From: Lysobacterales bacterium
GTDB taxonomy: Bacteria; Pseudomonadota; Gammaproteobacteria; Xanthomonadales; SZUA-36
NCBI GenBank assembly: GCA_028289465.1
Contig: JANQPM010000087.1
Location: 2,520 to 66,519, forward strand
Reading direction: 5' to 3'
DNA length: 64,000 bases
Each line of letters opens with the position of its first letter. The stretch's first letter is position 1. The notes below the pieces were generated by a model. It did no database searches and was not told the origin of the DNA. It was given only the letters and a program-made list of their open reading frames with translations. A program made the position numbers and the translations under genes. Positions 37,216 to 47,090 of the stretch are shown here, one piece after another.

Positions 37216-38193
37216 ATGAGCTCAGTCGATCACTGCCTTTCTCACTCGCAAGCCCAGGCGTCAGATGTACCGCTGGCGGCCCGACGCTTGGCAGGATTGA
37301 GTGTGAAAACCCCCGTCATTCAGAATACGCTACTTGACCGAAAGTTCAACACCCGGCTGTATTTTAAATGCGAAAACCTGCAGCGCGGCGGCGCTTTCAA
37401 GTTCCGCGGCGCCTGTAACGCGCTCAAGGTCCTGATGGCCGAAACACGGCTGGACGGCGTCGCAACGCATTCATCCGGAAACCACGGTACCGCGCTGGCA
37501 TTGGCTGCCGGTCTGCATGGCATACCGGCGGATATCGTGGTTCCGGAAGATGCGGTCCGCAGCAAGGTCGACGCAATCCGGCAGGCCGGCGGCCGGGTGC
37601 ATTTCTGCAGACCCACGCAGGCGGACCGCGAAGCGGGCCTGGCCCGGCTGGTGGAACAGGGCAGCACGCCCGTCCCCCCCTACGATCACCCGCTGATCAT
37701 CACCGGTCAGGCGACCGCGGCCTGGGAGATGAGCGAACAGGTGGACACAATGGATGCGCTGATTACGCCGGTCGGTGGCGGCGGCCTGCTGGCCGGCAGC
37801 GCGCTGGCCTTGCAGCAGCGGAATTTGAACGATGTTCGCCTGTTCGGTGCAGAACCCGCCGGTGCGGACGATACCTGGCAGTCATTCCATTCCGGCCACC
37901 GGGTCAGCGGCATGTCTCCGAATACCGTATCGGACGGCCTGCGGGCGGAAATCGGCGAAATCACCCTGCCGATCATTCGCCGGCGCTGCCAGGACATTCT
38001 CAGAGTCACCGACGATGAAACCTTGATTGCGATGCGCCAGGTTTGGGAAGCGCTAAACATCATCATCGAACCTTCTTCGGCGACTGCGGTTGCCGCGATC
38101 GCCAAATATCCCGAGCATTTCGAAAACCGCCGGGTCGGCATCATCCTGACCGGTGGCAATGTCGACCTGGACGATATTCCATTTTTAAGATGA
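37216..38193 (+). CDS. PLP-dependent threonine/serine dehydratase family enzyme (serine racemase / 3-hydroxyaspartate dehydratase-like)
   Basis: PLP-Lys motif GGAFKFRGA, HSSGNHG and Gly-rich loop GGGGLLAG. Start chosen at the ATG at 37216. Confidence 0.8.
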   Translation: MSSVDHCLSHSQAQASDVPLAARRLAGLSVKTPVIQNTLLDRKFNTRLYFKCENLQRGGAFKFRGACNALKVLMAETRLDGVATHSSGNHGTALALAAGLHGIPADIVVPEDAVRSKVDAIRQAGGRVHFCRPTQADREAGLARLVEQGSTPVPPYDHPLIITGQATAAWEMSEQVDTMDALITPVGGGGLLAGSALALQQRNLNDVRLFGAEPAGADDTWQSFHSGHRVSGMSPNTVSDGLRAEIGEITLPIIRRRCQDILRVTDDETLIAMRQVWEALNIIIEPSSATAVAAIAKYPEHFENRRVGIILTGGNVDLDDIPFLR

Positions 38194-38239
38194 AGCCGCA
38201 GCAGCTATGCGGCGCAAAGCCGGCGGTCAGCCAGAACGC

Positions 38240-38707
38240 CTAGCGAGCCACCGACCGGGTATAGATTGCGGCCAGTTGCTCCAGCCCGTGTTGATCTTGT
38301 GCATCAAACCGGCCGGAAACCGGGCTGTCGATATCCAGCACCGCAAACACCTCGCCATCGGCCAGCAGCGGAATAACGATTTCGGATCTTGAGTCGGCAT
38401 CGCAGGCGATATGACCGTCGAATGCATGCACATCCGCCACCCGCTGCACCGTCCGGGTCGCCGCGGCTGTGCCGCAAACGCCCTCACCCATCGGAATCAG
38501 CACGCAGGCCGGCTTGCCCTGAAAAGGGCCGACGATCAAGGTGTCGCCGTCACGAAAATAGAACCCGGCCCAGTTGACCTGCGGCAGGGATTGAAAGATC
38601 AACGCGGACAGGTTAGCGGCATTCGCGACCCTGTCGCTTGTCGTGCTCAGCAGCGCTTCGGCCTGCTGCGCCAGTTCCCGATAAAATTCGTCTTTATTCC
38701 GGTCCAT
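38240..38707 (-). CDS. msrC: GAF-domain free methionine-(R)-sulfoxide reductase
   Basis: Colinear with E. coli YebR/MsrC: NWAGFYF...LIVGPFQGKPACVLIPMGEGVCGTAA...VHAFDGHIACDADSRSEIVIPL. Start at the MDRNKDE ATG at 38707. Confidence 0.8.
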   Translation of the reverse strand: MDRNKDEFYRELAQQAEALLSTTSDRVANAANLSALIFQSLPQVNWAGFYFRDGDTLIVGPFQGKPACVLIPMGEGVCGTAAATRTVQRVADVHAFDGHIACDADSRSEIVIPLLADGEVFAVLDIDSPVSGRFDAQDQHGLEQLAAIYTRSVAR

Positions 38708-39305
38708 TCTGCTCGTTCCTGCTAAACACCAACAGCCGATTATTCGCCGGCATCGCGATATCGTCGCTGAGCGCCATGCCCGCTGCATCGGCCAGGACAG
38801 ACAGATGCAGCACGTCGCGGATGCCCATGTGCGGCGCCTCCGCACGCAACCGGGCGTCGAATGCCCGGTTACTGCCGGCCGTATGGCGCCCACGGTACTT
38901 GAACGGACCATAGAGGCTGAATCCACCCGCTGCCGGCAACAGACGACCGACCATGCGAAACATCGCACACACGGCCTGCCAGTTCATAATATGGGCGGTA
39001 TTCGCGGAATAAACCCAATCGGCGCGATCCAGCGGCCACGGCAACTCCCGCACATCCAGTACCCGTGGCTCCAGAATATTTCCGGTTCCTTCAATCGCCA
39101 GCCGTGCTTTCAGGCCGGCCAGGTAATCCGGCCGGTCGCAGGGCAGCCAGTGCAGTTCTGGAAAGCAGGGCGCGAAATGCACCGCATGCTGGCCGGTACC
39201 GGCACCGATTTCCAGTACCAGCCCGTGCCGCGGCAACAGGCCTTGCAAGGCCTGTAGTATCGGCTCCTTGTTTCGTTCGCAGGCCGCGAAGAACGGCAGG
39301 TCCAT
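38694..39305 (-). CDS. DUF938 family protein (class I SAM-methyltransferase-like)
   Basis: FFAACERNKEPIL...VLEIGAGTGQH...ANTAHIM...LYGPF is the typical DUF938 pattern. The stop overlaps the msrC start by 14 nt. Confidence 0.75.
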   Translation of the reverse strand: MDLPFFAACERNKEPILQALQGLLPRHGLVLEIGAGTGQHAVHFAPCFPELHWLPCDRPDYLAGLKARLAIEGTGNILEPRVLDVRELPWPLDRADWVYSANTAHIMNWQAVCAMFRMVGRLLPAAGGFSLYGPFKYRGRHTAGSNRAFDARLRAEAPHMGIRDVLHLSVLADAAGMALSDDIAMPANNRLLVFSRNEQNGPE

Positions 39306-39321
39306 GCGCGTCGGGCAGCGT

Positions 39322-40770
39322 TTACTTAAGCAGCCAGCGGACGACGCGGTCCGCCAGCTTGCCATAGGGCGGCCGCAGCAGCGCCGTAGCCGGCCACCGG
39401 GCCTGTTTCAGAACCGGTTTCTTTTTGCTGAAAGTCAGAAAACCGTCGTGTCCGTGATACTGTCCCATGCCACTGTCGCCGACACCGCCGAACGGCAGAT
39501 CCGGCTCGGCGAAATGAATCAGCGTGTCATTCCAGCTCACCCCGCCGGCTACCGTCCGTTCCAGCAGCTTGCGGCCGCGTTTCCGGTTATTGGTGAACAG
39601 ATACATTGCCAGTGGCCGGGTACCGGCATTGATATGCGCGATTGCCTGCTCCAGGCCGTCGACCTCGAGCAGCGGCAGTATCGGCCCGAAAATCTCCTCC
39701 TGCATCACGCGCATCTCATCGCTGACATCGGTCACGATAGCCGGGGGAAACAGCCGGCTTCCGGGATCGGGCGAGCCCAGCGGTTGCAGCACCGTGGCGC
39801 CGCGGGCCTGAGCGTCTTCCAGCATCGCTTCCAGCCGCCGGAACTGCGCGTCGTTGATGATATGGGTGTAGTCGCCCCCATCCGGCCGACCCTGGTAGGC
39901 CTGATACAGATAATTTCCCAGGGCTTCTGCAAACGCACTCGGCGAATGGCCTTCCAGCAGCACGTAGTCCGGCGCAATGCAGGTCTGCCCGGCGTTGAAC
40001 CAGCGGCCCATCCCGATTCGGCCGGCAGCGTCTTCCAACCCATAGTCTTTTGCAACCACCGCCGGCGACTTGCCGCCCAATTCCAGAGTCACCGGCGTTA
40101 AATTAGCGGCGGCCGCCCGCATCACCAGGCGGCCAACCTGCGGCGACCCGGTAAAAAACAGATGATCGAACGGCAATGCGGAGAACGCAGCGGATACTTC
40201 GACGCCACCTTGCACCACGGCGACCTCGGTCGCATCGAATGCACCGGTCAGCAATTCTTCCATCAGTCTCGAGGTTTCAGGCGTATGCTCCGAGGGTTTC
40301 ACCATCACCCGGTTACCGGCGGCCAGTGCGGCCGCCAGCGGCGCAAAAACCAAATTCACCGGGTAATTCCATGGTGCCATCACACCGACCACGCCCAGCG
40401 GCTGGTATTGCAACCAGGCCTTGGCGGGCCAGGCTTCGGCGGACAGGCTGACCGGCCGCGACCGCATCCAACTGCGAAGGTGCTGCCGCGTATGGCGTAT
40501 TTCCTTCAGCGTCACCGCGACATCGGCGATCAGTGCCTCGTGGCGGGAACGGTGCCCGAAATCGGCAGCCATCGCGTGGGATAGTGCCGTACGATGATCC
40601 CGCAGCAGACTCTCCAGTGTCTTCAGCGACCTGACCCGCTGCCGGCGGCCTGGCGGCGGATTCTGCCGGAATGCCTGCCGCTGGCGCTCGAATACCGTGT
40701 CCAGCGTATTCGCCAGAGCCACCACATTCTGCTCGGCGGCAGCGGTTTCTAGCCTCATGTCATTCCCCAT
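39322..40770 (-). CDS. NAD(P)-dependent aldehyde dehydrogenase (coniferyl-aldehyde dehydrogenase-like subfamily)
   Basis: ALDH motifs ELGGKSP and catalytic Cys in NAGQTCIAPDY. The N-terminal region (RQAFRQNPPPGRRQRVRSLKTL) is typical of the CalB-like group. Confidence 0.82.
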   Translation of the reverse strand: MGNDMRLETAAAEQNVVALANTLDTVFERQRQAFRQNPPPGRRQRVRSLKTLESLLRDHRTALSHAMAADFGHRSRHEALIADVAVTLKEIRHTRQHLRSWMRSRPVSLSAEAWPAKAWLQYQPLGVVGVMAPWNYPVNLVFAPLAAALAAGNRVMVKPSEHTPETSRLMEELLTGAFDATEVAVVQGGVEVSAAFSALPFDHLFFTGSPQVGRLVMRAAAANLTPVTLELGGKSPAVVAKDYGLEDAAGRIGMGRWFNAGQTCIAPDYVLLEGHSPSAFAEALGNYLYQAYQGRPDGGDYTHIINDAQFRRLEAMLEDAQARGATVLQPLGSPDPGSRLFPPAIVTDVSDEMRVMQEEIFGPILPLLEVDGLEQAIAHINAGTRPLAMYLFTNNRKRGRKLLERTVAGGVSWNDTLIHFAEPDLPFGGVGDSGMGQYHGHDGFLTFSKKKPVLKQARWPATALLRPPYGKLADRVVRWLLK

Positions 40771-42171
40771 TCACAGGTTGTCATTCAGTGTTCTCATCGT
40801 TTTGACGAATTGCCGGCGAATCGCGCTTTCATCGCGGTGTTCGCCGTGCTCCACCACCGGCTCGCCGGCAATCCACACCTGCTTGATCATACCAGGCCCG
40901 CCGGCGAATAAATAAGTGTCCAGCAAAGCCTCGTCGGCTTTTCCGGCCAATTGGGGATGATTCCCGTCCAGACAGATAAAATCCGCATAGTCTCCCTGCA
41001 CAATATCGCCGCAGGCCTGACCCAGCGCCTGACGGCCACCCAGGCAGGCCTCGCGGTAAAGCGCCGCGCCGAGATGCGGCTGACCCGCGGACAGCACGTT
41101 TCGCCGGCCGCTGACCAGCCGCTGTGTATATTCCAGCAGGCGCAGTTCCTCGGCCACGTCCAGCCGCAGGTTGCTGTCCGAACCGATACCCCAGCGGCCG
41201 TTCAGCGCCTGCCAGTGTTCAGCGGCGAATATGCCGTCGCCCAGATCCGCCTCAGTGCTCGGGCACAGGCCGATGACCGCGCCGCCGGCCGCTGCCAGAC
41301 GCTGTTCTTCTCGATCAGCCTGGGTCGCGTGAACCAGACACCACCGCGTGTTGACGTCAAACTGCGTCATCAGCCAGCGCAGCGGCGTTACGCCATGATA
41401 TGCCTCGCAGGCCTGCACTTCCTTGCGCTGCTCGGCAATATGGATATGGATCGGCCGCGCTACCAGTTCATTCGGCAGGCTTTGCAATACCGCCGTCAGA
41501 TCCGCGGCGTTCACCGCTCGAAGCGAATGCGGTGCGATACCCAGATACTGATTGGGCAGCGCTCCCAGTTCCCGCTGCAGATTCGATATCAGCTCCAGAT
41601 AGCTGTCCGGGGTGTGGCGAAACGCACGCTGGTGTTCGAGTACGGTGTCGGCACCGAAATCCGACCGGCAATACAGCACCGGCAGCAGGGTCAGTCCGAT
41701 CCCCGTCTGCGCGGCCGCCCGGCTGATTCCAAGGCTGGTCTCGGCCGGGTTCCGATAGACCTGCCCGGCGGCCGTGTGATGGATATAGTGGAACTCGGCC
41801 ACCCTGCCGTAGCCGGCTTTCAGCATCTGCATAAAGCAGTAGGCGCTGATCGCCTGAAGGCTGTCCGGCGTCAGTTGCCGGACCAGGTGGTACATGCGCT
41901 CACGCCAGGTCCAGAAACTATCCGAATGCTTGCCGGACACCGCACCGGTCAGACCGGCCAGACCGTATTGAAACGCATGGCTGTGAAGGTTCGGCATCGC
42001 CGGCAGCAGCGGGTCGGTGATGGTCTGGTCAACCGTTTGCGCCTGATACGAATACAGTGCCCCGATTCTGCCGTCCGGACGGAGCTCCAGACACTGGTCG
42101 GCCAGCCAGCGGCCACCGCTGAATATCCGATGGCAGCGTAACCGCCGGCCGTGCGGCCGATTATCCGTCAC
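40771..42171 (-). CDS. hutF: formimidoylglutamate deiminase
   Basis: LLPAMPNLHSHAFQYGLAGLTG is the characteristic HutF metal-binding HxH segment. Amidohydrolase fold, 466 aa. Confidence 0.82.
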   Translation of the reverse strand: MTDNRPHGRRLRCHRIFSGGRWLADQCLELRPDGRIGALYSYQAQTVDQTITDPLLPAMPNLHSHAFQYGLAGLTGAVSGKHSDSFWTWRERMYHLVRQLTPDSLQAISAYCFMQMLKAGYGRVAEFHYIHHTAAGQVYRNPAETSLGISRAAAQTGIGLTLLPVLYCRSDFGADTVLEHQRAFRHTPDSYLELISNLQRELGALPNQYLGIAPHSLRAVNAADLTAVLQSLPNELVARPIHIHIAEQRKEVQACEAYHGVTPLRWLMTQFDVNTRWCLVHATQADREEQRLAAAGGAVIGLCPSTEADLGDGIFAAEHWQALNGRWGIGSDSNLRLDVAEELRLLEYTQRLVSGRRNVLSAGQPHLGAALYREACLGGRQALGQACGDIVQGDYADFICLDGNHPQLAGKADEALLDTYLFAGGPGMIKQVWIAGEPVVEHGEHRDESAIRRQFVKTMRTLNDNL

Positions 42172-42967
42172 CGGGCTGCCAGCCGATCAACACTTCGGTA
42201 AACCGTTGCAAGGCGTTCAGCAAATGCCCTCGGCGGTCATCGTCTATCACCGGGTCGCTGCGCGACTGCAGATAAGTCGCCTGCGACAGTTCGAGCTGCA
42301 ACGCATGCATGCCGTGCTCCGGCTGACCATAGTGGCGGGTGATATAACCGCCCTTGAACCGGCCATCCCGAACCGCCGAATAGTCCGCCTCGCCGTCCAG
42401 CGCCTGCCACGCGCAGTCGATCAACCGCGGATCGGCGCTGCGGCCATCGTTACTGCCAAGGTTAAAGTCCGGCAGCCGGCCATCGAACAGCGCCGGTATT
42501 TCGGGCGCGATCGAATGCGCATCGAGCAGCAGCGCATAGCCGAAAGCCCGTTTTTGCCGTGTCAGTTCCTGGCGCAGGCGCCGATGATACGGCATCCAGT
42601 AGCTGGTCAGCCGGTTCTGACGCTGGTAGCCGTTCGGTGCCTCGTTGAGATAGATCCGCATGCCATCAAAGGTATTGAGCGGCACCAGACCGCTGGCGGC
42701 AGAATTCTGATACAGCCGCCGGTCGTCGGGTGGGCGGTTCAGATCGACGACATAGCGTGAATAATTCGCCGTCAGCAGAGAAGCGCCCAGCTCGATTGCG
42801 AATGCATAGAGTTCATCAACGAACCAATCGGTGTCCGGCAGCGAACCCGCGTCCCCGGTCAGGTGTTCGGCGTAGCCAGGGGGCAATTGCTGGCCCGCAT
42901 GCGGCACGCTGATCAGCAGCGGAGCCGAACCTTGCTTGAATTCGTAAATCGGTTTGACGGTACTCAT
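42161..42967 (-). CDS. hutG: N-formylglutamate deformylase (amidohydrolase)
   Basis: LLISVPHAGQQLP...SLPDTDWFVDELY...NYSRYVVDLNRPPDD is colinear with Pseudomonas HutG (FGase family). Confidence 0.85.
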   Translation of the reverse strand: MSTVKPIYEFKQGSAPLLISVPHAGQQLPPGYAEHLTGDAGSLPDTDWFVDELYAFAIELGASLLTANYSRYVVDLNRPPDDRRLYQNSAASGLVPLNTFDGMRIYLNEAPNGYQRQNRLTSYWMPYHRRLRQELTRQKRAFGYALLLDAHSIAPEIPALFDGRLPDFNLGSNDGRSADPRLIDCAWQALDGEADYSAVRDGRFKGGYITRHYGQPEHGMHALQLELSQATYLQSRSDPVIDDDRRGHLLNALQRFTEVLIGWQPGDG

Positions 42968-43034
42968 GCGAGCTGACAGGTTGACGGAACCCTCTTAATC
43001 GGTCGCAGACTGATTGAACCAGACTATCGAAAAC

Positions 43035-43059
43035 AAAAAGCCCGGGCAACGCCCGGGCT
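43035..43059 (-). terminator. rho-independent terminator ending the pilMNOPQ operon
   Basis: On the minus strand the hairpin AGCCCGGGC-GTT-GCCCGGGCT is followed by TTTTTGTTTT. Confidence 0.7.
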
Positions 43060-43100
43060 GGAAATCAAAGTGTGCTGTCTGGCGAGTAAGCGTTACCGAA

Positions 43101-45287
43101 CTACTCCGCTAACTCCAAATCGTCCAGGATATTCGGCGTGATAAAGATCAGCAGCTCACGCTTTTCGTTCTCCGTGGTGCGCTTGCGGAACGCGCCACCG
43201 ATAACCGGCAGGTCGCCCAGACCGGGCACCTTGTCCTCGGTATAGTTCTGCTCATCCTGATAGATACCGCCGAGCACGATGGTTTCGCCGTTGTTGACCA
43301 ATACGCTGGTCGCCAGTTCGCGGGTATCAATCGCCGGAATCTGGTTACCGTTTGCCAGCGTAAACACATCGCCAACCGTGTCCTGCTTGACAGCCAGGTC
43401 CATTTGGATACGGTTATCCGGCGTAATCAGCGGGGTAACGCGCAATTCCAGTACGGCTTCCTTAAACTCAACCGAGGTCGCGCCGGAAGAAGTCGATTGC
43501 TGGAACGGGATTTCGACGCCCTGCTGAATAAAAGCCTCGGCCTGGTTGGCGGTAATCACCCGCGGCGAGGAAATGACCTCGCCCTGCCCATCCGATTCCA
43601 GCGCCGACAGCTCCAGGTCCAGCAGATAGTTGCTGTTCAGGAAGGAAACACCAAAGGAACCGGTCGGATTGGCCACCGGCAGATTGACGTTATACCGATT
43701 CGCTAACGGTGGATTGATCAGCACCGAAGGGCCGTCTTGCGGGTCGACGATACTGGCATAGGCCTGGTCGGCGCCGGTACCCGTACCACTGAATGCACCG
43801 GCGGTATTGCCGACGTGATAGTGCGTAATACCAAAGCGAACGCCGATCTCGTGATTGAAGTCACTGCGTGCGATCACGATTCGGGATTCGATCTGCACCT
43901 GCCGCACCGGGCGATCCAGTTCAGCCACCAGATTTCTGATTTCCTGGATCTTCTCGGCCGTATCGTTAATCAACAGCGTATTGGTCCGATCATCGATCGT
44001 TACCGAACCGCGTTCGGACAGCAAACCCAGCTCACTGGTGCCGGCAGCGCCTTGCAACGAGTCCTCAATCAGCGTTTTCACGTCGGCGGCCTTGGCATAG
44101 CTCAGCGAAATCATCGCGGTTTGCAGCGGCTCCAGCACGCGCCGTTCCAGCGCAGCCTGCAATAGTTGTTGCTCGCGGGCGGCAATTTCCTCGACCGGCG
44201 CAATCCAGATCACATTACCGTTACGCCGCTGGTCGAGGTTTTTGGCGTCGAGCACAATATCCAGTGCCTGGTCCCACGGCACATTAGTCAGGCGCAGCGT
44301 GATGTTACCGTCCACGGTATCTGCGACCACGATATTCAAATCGGACACATCGGCGATCAACTGCAGCACCGAACGGACTTCGATGTCCTGGAAATTAAAG
44401 GTTACACGGTTGCCGGAGTATTCCTTGTCTTCGAAGAACGAGACGATCGGCTGCTCTTCTTCGGCTTCGGCAGCAGCGCTCCGCTCGCTGATTTCCACCA
44501 CGATGTCGTTACCGCTCTGGTACGCCAGATGCTCGAAATCACCATTAACGGCCAAATCGAGCCGCACACCGCTGCCGCGGGTATCGGCGTCGATAAAGCG
44601 CACCGGTGTCGCGAAATCGACCACATCCAGGCGCCGGCGCCTGGAATCGGGAATATCGGCGTCGAAAATATCGACCAGCAGGTGGTTGCCCCGCTCATTG
44701 ACCGCGACGCTGGCTCCGGGTGAGTTCATGGAAATGATGACCCGGCCCTGTCCGTTCTCACCACGGCGAAAGTCCACTTCGTCGACGACATAGGTATCTG
44801 TCGCCGGCGGCGCTGTCCCGGCTGACGCGGCCGCAGCGACGCTGCCAGCAGAGCCGCTGTTTTCGATCGACAGCACGATGTCATTGCCTTGGACATGAGT
44901 GCTGTAGGCTGTCGGCGCCGTCAGATCAACGACCAGGCGCGTACGACCCCCGGCGGAAATGGCCGAATACTGCTGGACCGTGCCGATTCCGACCGATACC
45001 GGAGCAGAGCCGACTTGAGATTCGGTGTCCATCATATCGAGCACAATTCTCGGCGGACTGTCGGTGGAAAACACCGTATGTTCCGGATCATCCGATGTGC
45101 TGAGACGAATCGTGACCGCAGAACCGGAGTCGGCCTGATGATTGATGCTGGTTAAATCGCCCGCCAGCACGATACCGTTTCCAACTCCCCAAGAAGCCAG
45201 AAAACCGATAACGGCCGCGCGGCCAATCCGTCTCCAAGACTTAGGCGTCGGCAAGTAGCGATGCAATCCTTTTTGGTAATACGTCAT
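43101..45287 (-). CDS. pilQ: type IV pilus secretin
   Basis: AMIN-like N-terminal domains and a secretin C-terminus (VPGLGDLPVIGGAFR...LLIFITP). The ATG at 45287 is preceded by GAGGAG; the alternative ATG at 45326 abuts the pilP stop. Confidence 0.92.
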   Translation of the reverse strand: MTYYQKGLHRYLPTPKSWRRIGRAAVIGFLASWGVGNGIVLAGDLTSINHQADSGSAVTIRLSTSDDPEHTVFSTDSPPRIVLDMMDTESQVGSAPVSVGIGTVQQYSAISAGGRTRLVVDLTAPTAYSTHVQGNDIVLSIENSGSAGSVAAAASAGTAPPATDTYVVDEVDFRRGENGQGRVIISMNSPGASVAVNERGNHLLVDIFDADIPDSRRRRLDVVDFATPVRFIDADTRGSGVRLDLAVNGDFEHLAYQSGNDIVVEISERSAAAEAEEEQPIVSFFEDKEYSGNRVTFNFQDIEVRSVLQLIADVSDLNIVVADTVDGNITLRLTNVPWDQALDIVLDAKNLDQRRNGNVIWIAPVEEIAAREQQLLQAALERRVLEPLQTAMISLSYAKAADVKTLIEDSLQGAAGTSELGLLSERGSVTIDDRTNTLLINDTAEKIQEIRNLVAELDRPVRQVQIESRIVIARSDFNHEIGVRFGITHYHVGNTAGAFSGTGTGADQAYASIVDPQDGPSVLINPPLANRYNVNLPVANPTGSFGVSFLNSNYLLDLELSALESDGQGEVISSPRVITANQAEAFIQQGVEIPFQQSTSSGATSVEFKEAVLELRVTPLITPDNRIQMDLAVKQDTVGDVFTLANGNQIPAIDTRELATSVLVNNGETIVLGGIYQDEQNYTEDKVPGLGDLPVIGGAFRKRTTENEKRELLIFITPNILDDLELAE

Positions 45288-45326
45288 GATGCTGCTCCTC
45301 ACAAAGCAGTGGTTTTCGCTTGCCAT

Positions 45327-45881
45327 TTATGATCCATCCAATGCAACTGATGCTTCTCTGACCAGCCAGCCGCCGCCGGCGTCAGGAACGAGTTCGGACA
45401 ACTCCAGACGATCCGGGTAGACCGCAGTTACCTGACCATGGTTCTGTCCGATATAGTGACCGGCCGCAACCCGATGCACGACGCCCTCAGGATCACGAAC
45501 CAGGGCCCAGTCCGCACTTCCCTGCGCGAATGTGCCGACCATCGATAGCGTGTCCAGCGAGAATTGTTCCAGGTACTCACGAACCCGTGATTCGTCGGGC
45601 CGGGGACCGTCCGTCTCGGTAGCTGTGCTCTGGCTGTCGTCGTTGCCGGTCACCGAAGTGAACGGATCGCGCATGGCCGAAGCGTCATACGCGAACGGCG
45701 TGTAATTGGCTACCGGCGGAACCGGTGGAATCGGATCGGCCGGCCTTGCCATGACATCCTGGACGTAGTTTTCCAATTCTTCCCGACTGCCGGTGCAGGC
45801 CGAGAGGCAAACCACGGCTAGTGCCAGCAGTGCCGGTCCAAGACGATGTTTTACTTTACCTGTCATGGTCTGGCTACTCAT
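45327..45881 (-). CDS. pilP: type IV pilus assembly lipoprotein PilP
   Basis: Lipobox LSAC. Size and position between pilO and pilQ, plus the conserved C-terminal beta-domain (WALVRDPEGVVHRV..G.YIGQNHGQV). Confidence 0.85.
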   Translation of the reverse strand: MSSQTMTGKVKHRLGPALLALAVVCLSACTGSREELENYVQDVMARPADPIPPVPPVANYTPFAYDASAMRDPFTSVTGNDDSQSTATETDGPRPDESRVREYLEQFSLDTLSMVGTFAQGSADWALVRDPEGVVHRVAAGHYIGQNHGQVTAVYPDRLELSELVPDAGGGWLVREASVALDGS

Positions 45882-46519
45882 GGTCCACCTTCCGGGGCCG
45901 CGAGTTGCGCCTCCAATTCCGAGTCCTCAAGGTAGCGGTATGTGGTCACCGTGCCGAGCAGGCGCAGGTGACCGCCGCGAACGGCTGTGGCCTGTGCCTG
46001 CGAATCAAGCAGGGATAAGTCGCTCATCGTGACGACGACAACGCGCGGCAGCGCCGCGACACCGCTGATAAACTCGCCGAACTGATGATAATCGCCGACC
46101 ATCTCGATAGTGATCGGCCGCTCGGCATAGAAATCGTGAATGACTTCGGCTTCCGGCTGAAACCGCCGGCTGTCGATGCCCGCTGCCAGTGCAGTCTGTG
46201 AAACGTCGACCAGGAGCTGGTCCATCTCGGTCTTGCTCGGCAATTGCCTCAACATCGCCGCGAGCAGGTCTTCCATTTCCACAAGCTGCTTTTTGTAATT
46301 GTCCAGATTGGCAGCTTTCTGCTGTTTGCTTTCCAGTTCCGTTCGAAGCTCCAGTTCTTGCGCTTTGACGCGCTCGAACTGCTCGCGTTTTTCTTTGACA
46401 AAGAACCAAGTGCCAAGGAACGCTATCACCACGAAAACGAACGCATAAAGGAAAATGCGCGCGGCCGGCGTCGCTCCGCCCAGATCATTGAAATCAATAT
46501 CGCGGATATCACTCAGCAT
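45878..46519 (-). CDS. pilO: type IV pilus assembly protein PilO
   Basis: N-terminal TM segment, coiled coil and position in the operon. Start taken at the MLSDIRDIDFNDLG ATG, overlapping the pilN stop. Confidence 0.85.
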   Translation of the reverse strand: MLSDIRDIDFNDLGGATPAARIFLYAFVFVVIAFLGTWFFVKEKREQFERVKAQELELRTELESKQQKAANLDNYKKQLVEMEDLLAAMLRQLPSKTEMDQLLVDVSQTALAAGIDSRRFQPEAEVIHDFYAERPITIEMVGDYHQFGEFISGVAALPRVVVVTMSDLSLLDSQAQATAVRGGHLRLLGTVTTYRYLEDSELEAQLAAPEGGP

Positions 46520-47090
46520 CGAATTCCTCCGCGCCTTCATGAGTCGGCTGTTTAAATGAAACGGCCACCGTGAAATCATACGGCTCTATTGCTAACGCAC
46601 GGGTCTGATCCGCTTGAATGATCTGCAGATCAGGTTCCCCGAACAAACCCGAATCTTCCAGGTTCTTCAGATAGGCCGACACTCTGGCGTTGGATTGCGT
46701 GGTTCCCGAAAGCGTTACGAGGCTGGTCTCCTGCTTGATGGACGTCAGCGTGACACCGACCGGAGTCATTCTGACCAGTTCATCGAGCACTTTCACCGCC
46801 TGCGAACGCTGGACTTGCAGATCTTCGATCACCTGCTTGCGGTTCAATAACCTGTCGCGCGTGCTTTCCAGTTCTTCGATTTCGGCAATCTGATCATCCA
46901 GTCCGCTGATCTGGGTGCGCAGATACTGATTTCTTCCCTGCTGCGATTCGATTTGATTGTTGGCGAAACTGTTCAGCGCAGCGACAGCCACTACGGCAGT
47001 CAATGCGCTGGCGCCGAGTATCATCAGCGATTGGCGCTGCTTCTGGCGCCGCTGCTCTTCGCGCCAAGGCAGTAGATTGATTCTTGCCAT
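46509..47090 (-). CDS. pilN: type IV pilus assembly protein PilN
   Basis: MARINLLPWREEQRRQKQ is the canonical PilN N-terminus that binds PilM. Confidence 0.88.
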   Translation of the reverse strand: MARINLLPWREEQRRQKQRQSLMILGASALTAVVAVAALNSFANNQIESQQGRNQYLRTQISGLDDQIAEIEELESTRDRLLNRKQVIEDLQVQRSQAVKVLDELVRMTPVGVTLTSIKQETSLVTLSGTTQSNARVSAYLKNLEDSGLFGEPDLQIIQADQTRALAIEPYDFTVAVSFKQPTHEGAEEFDAE

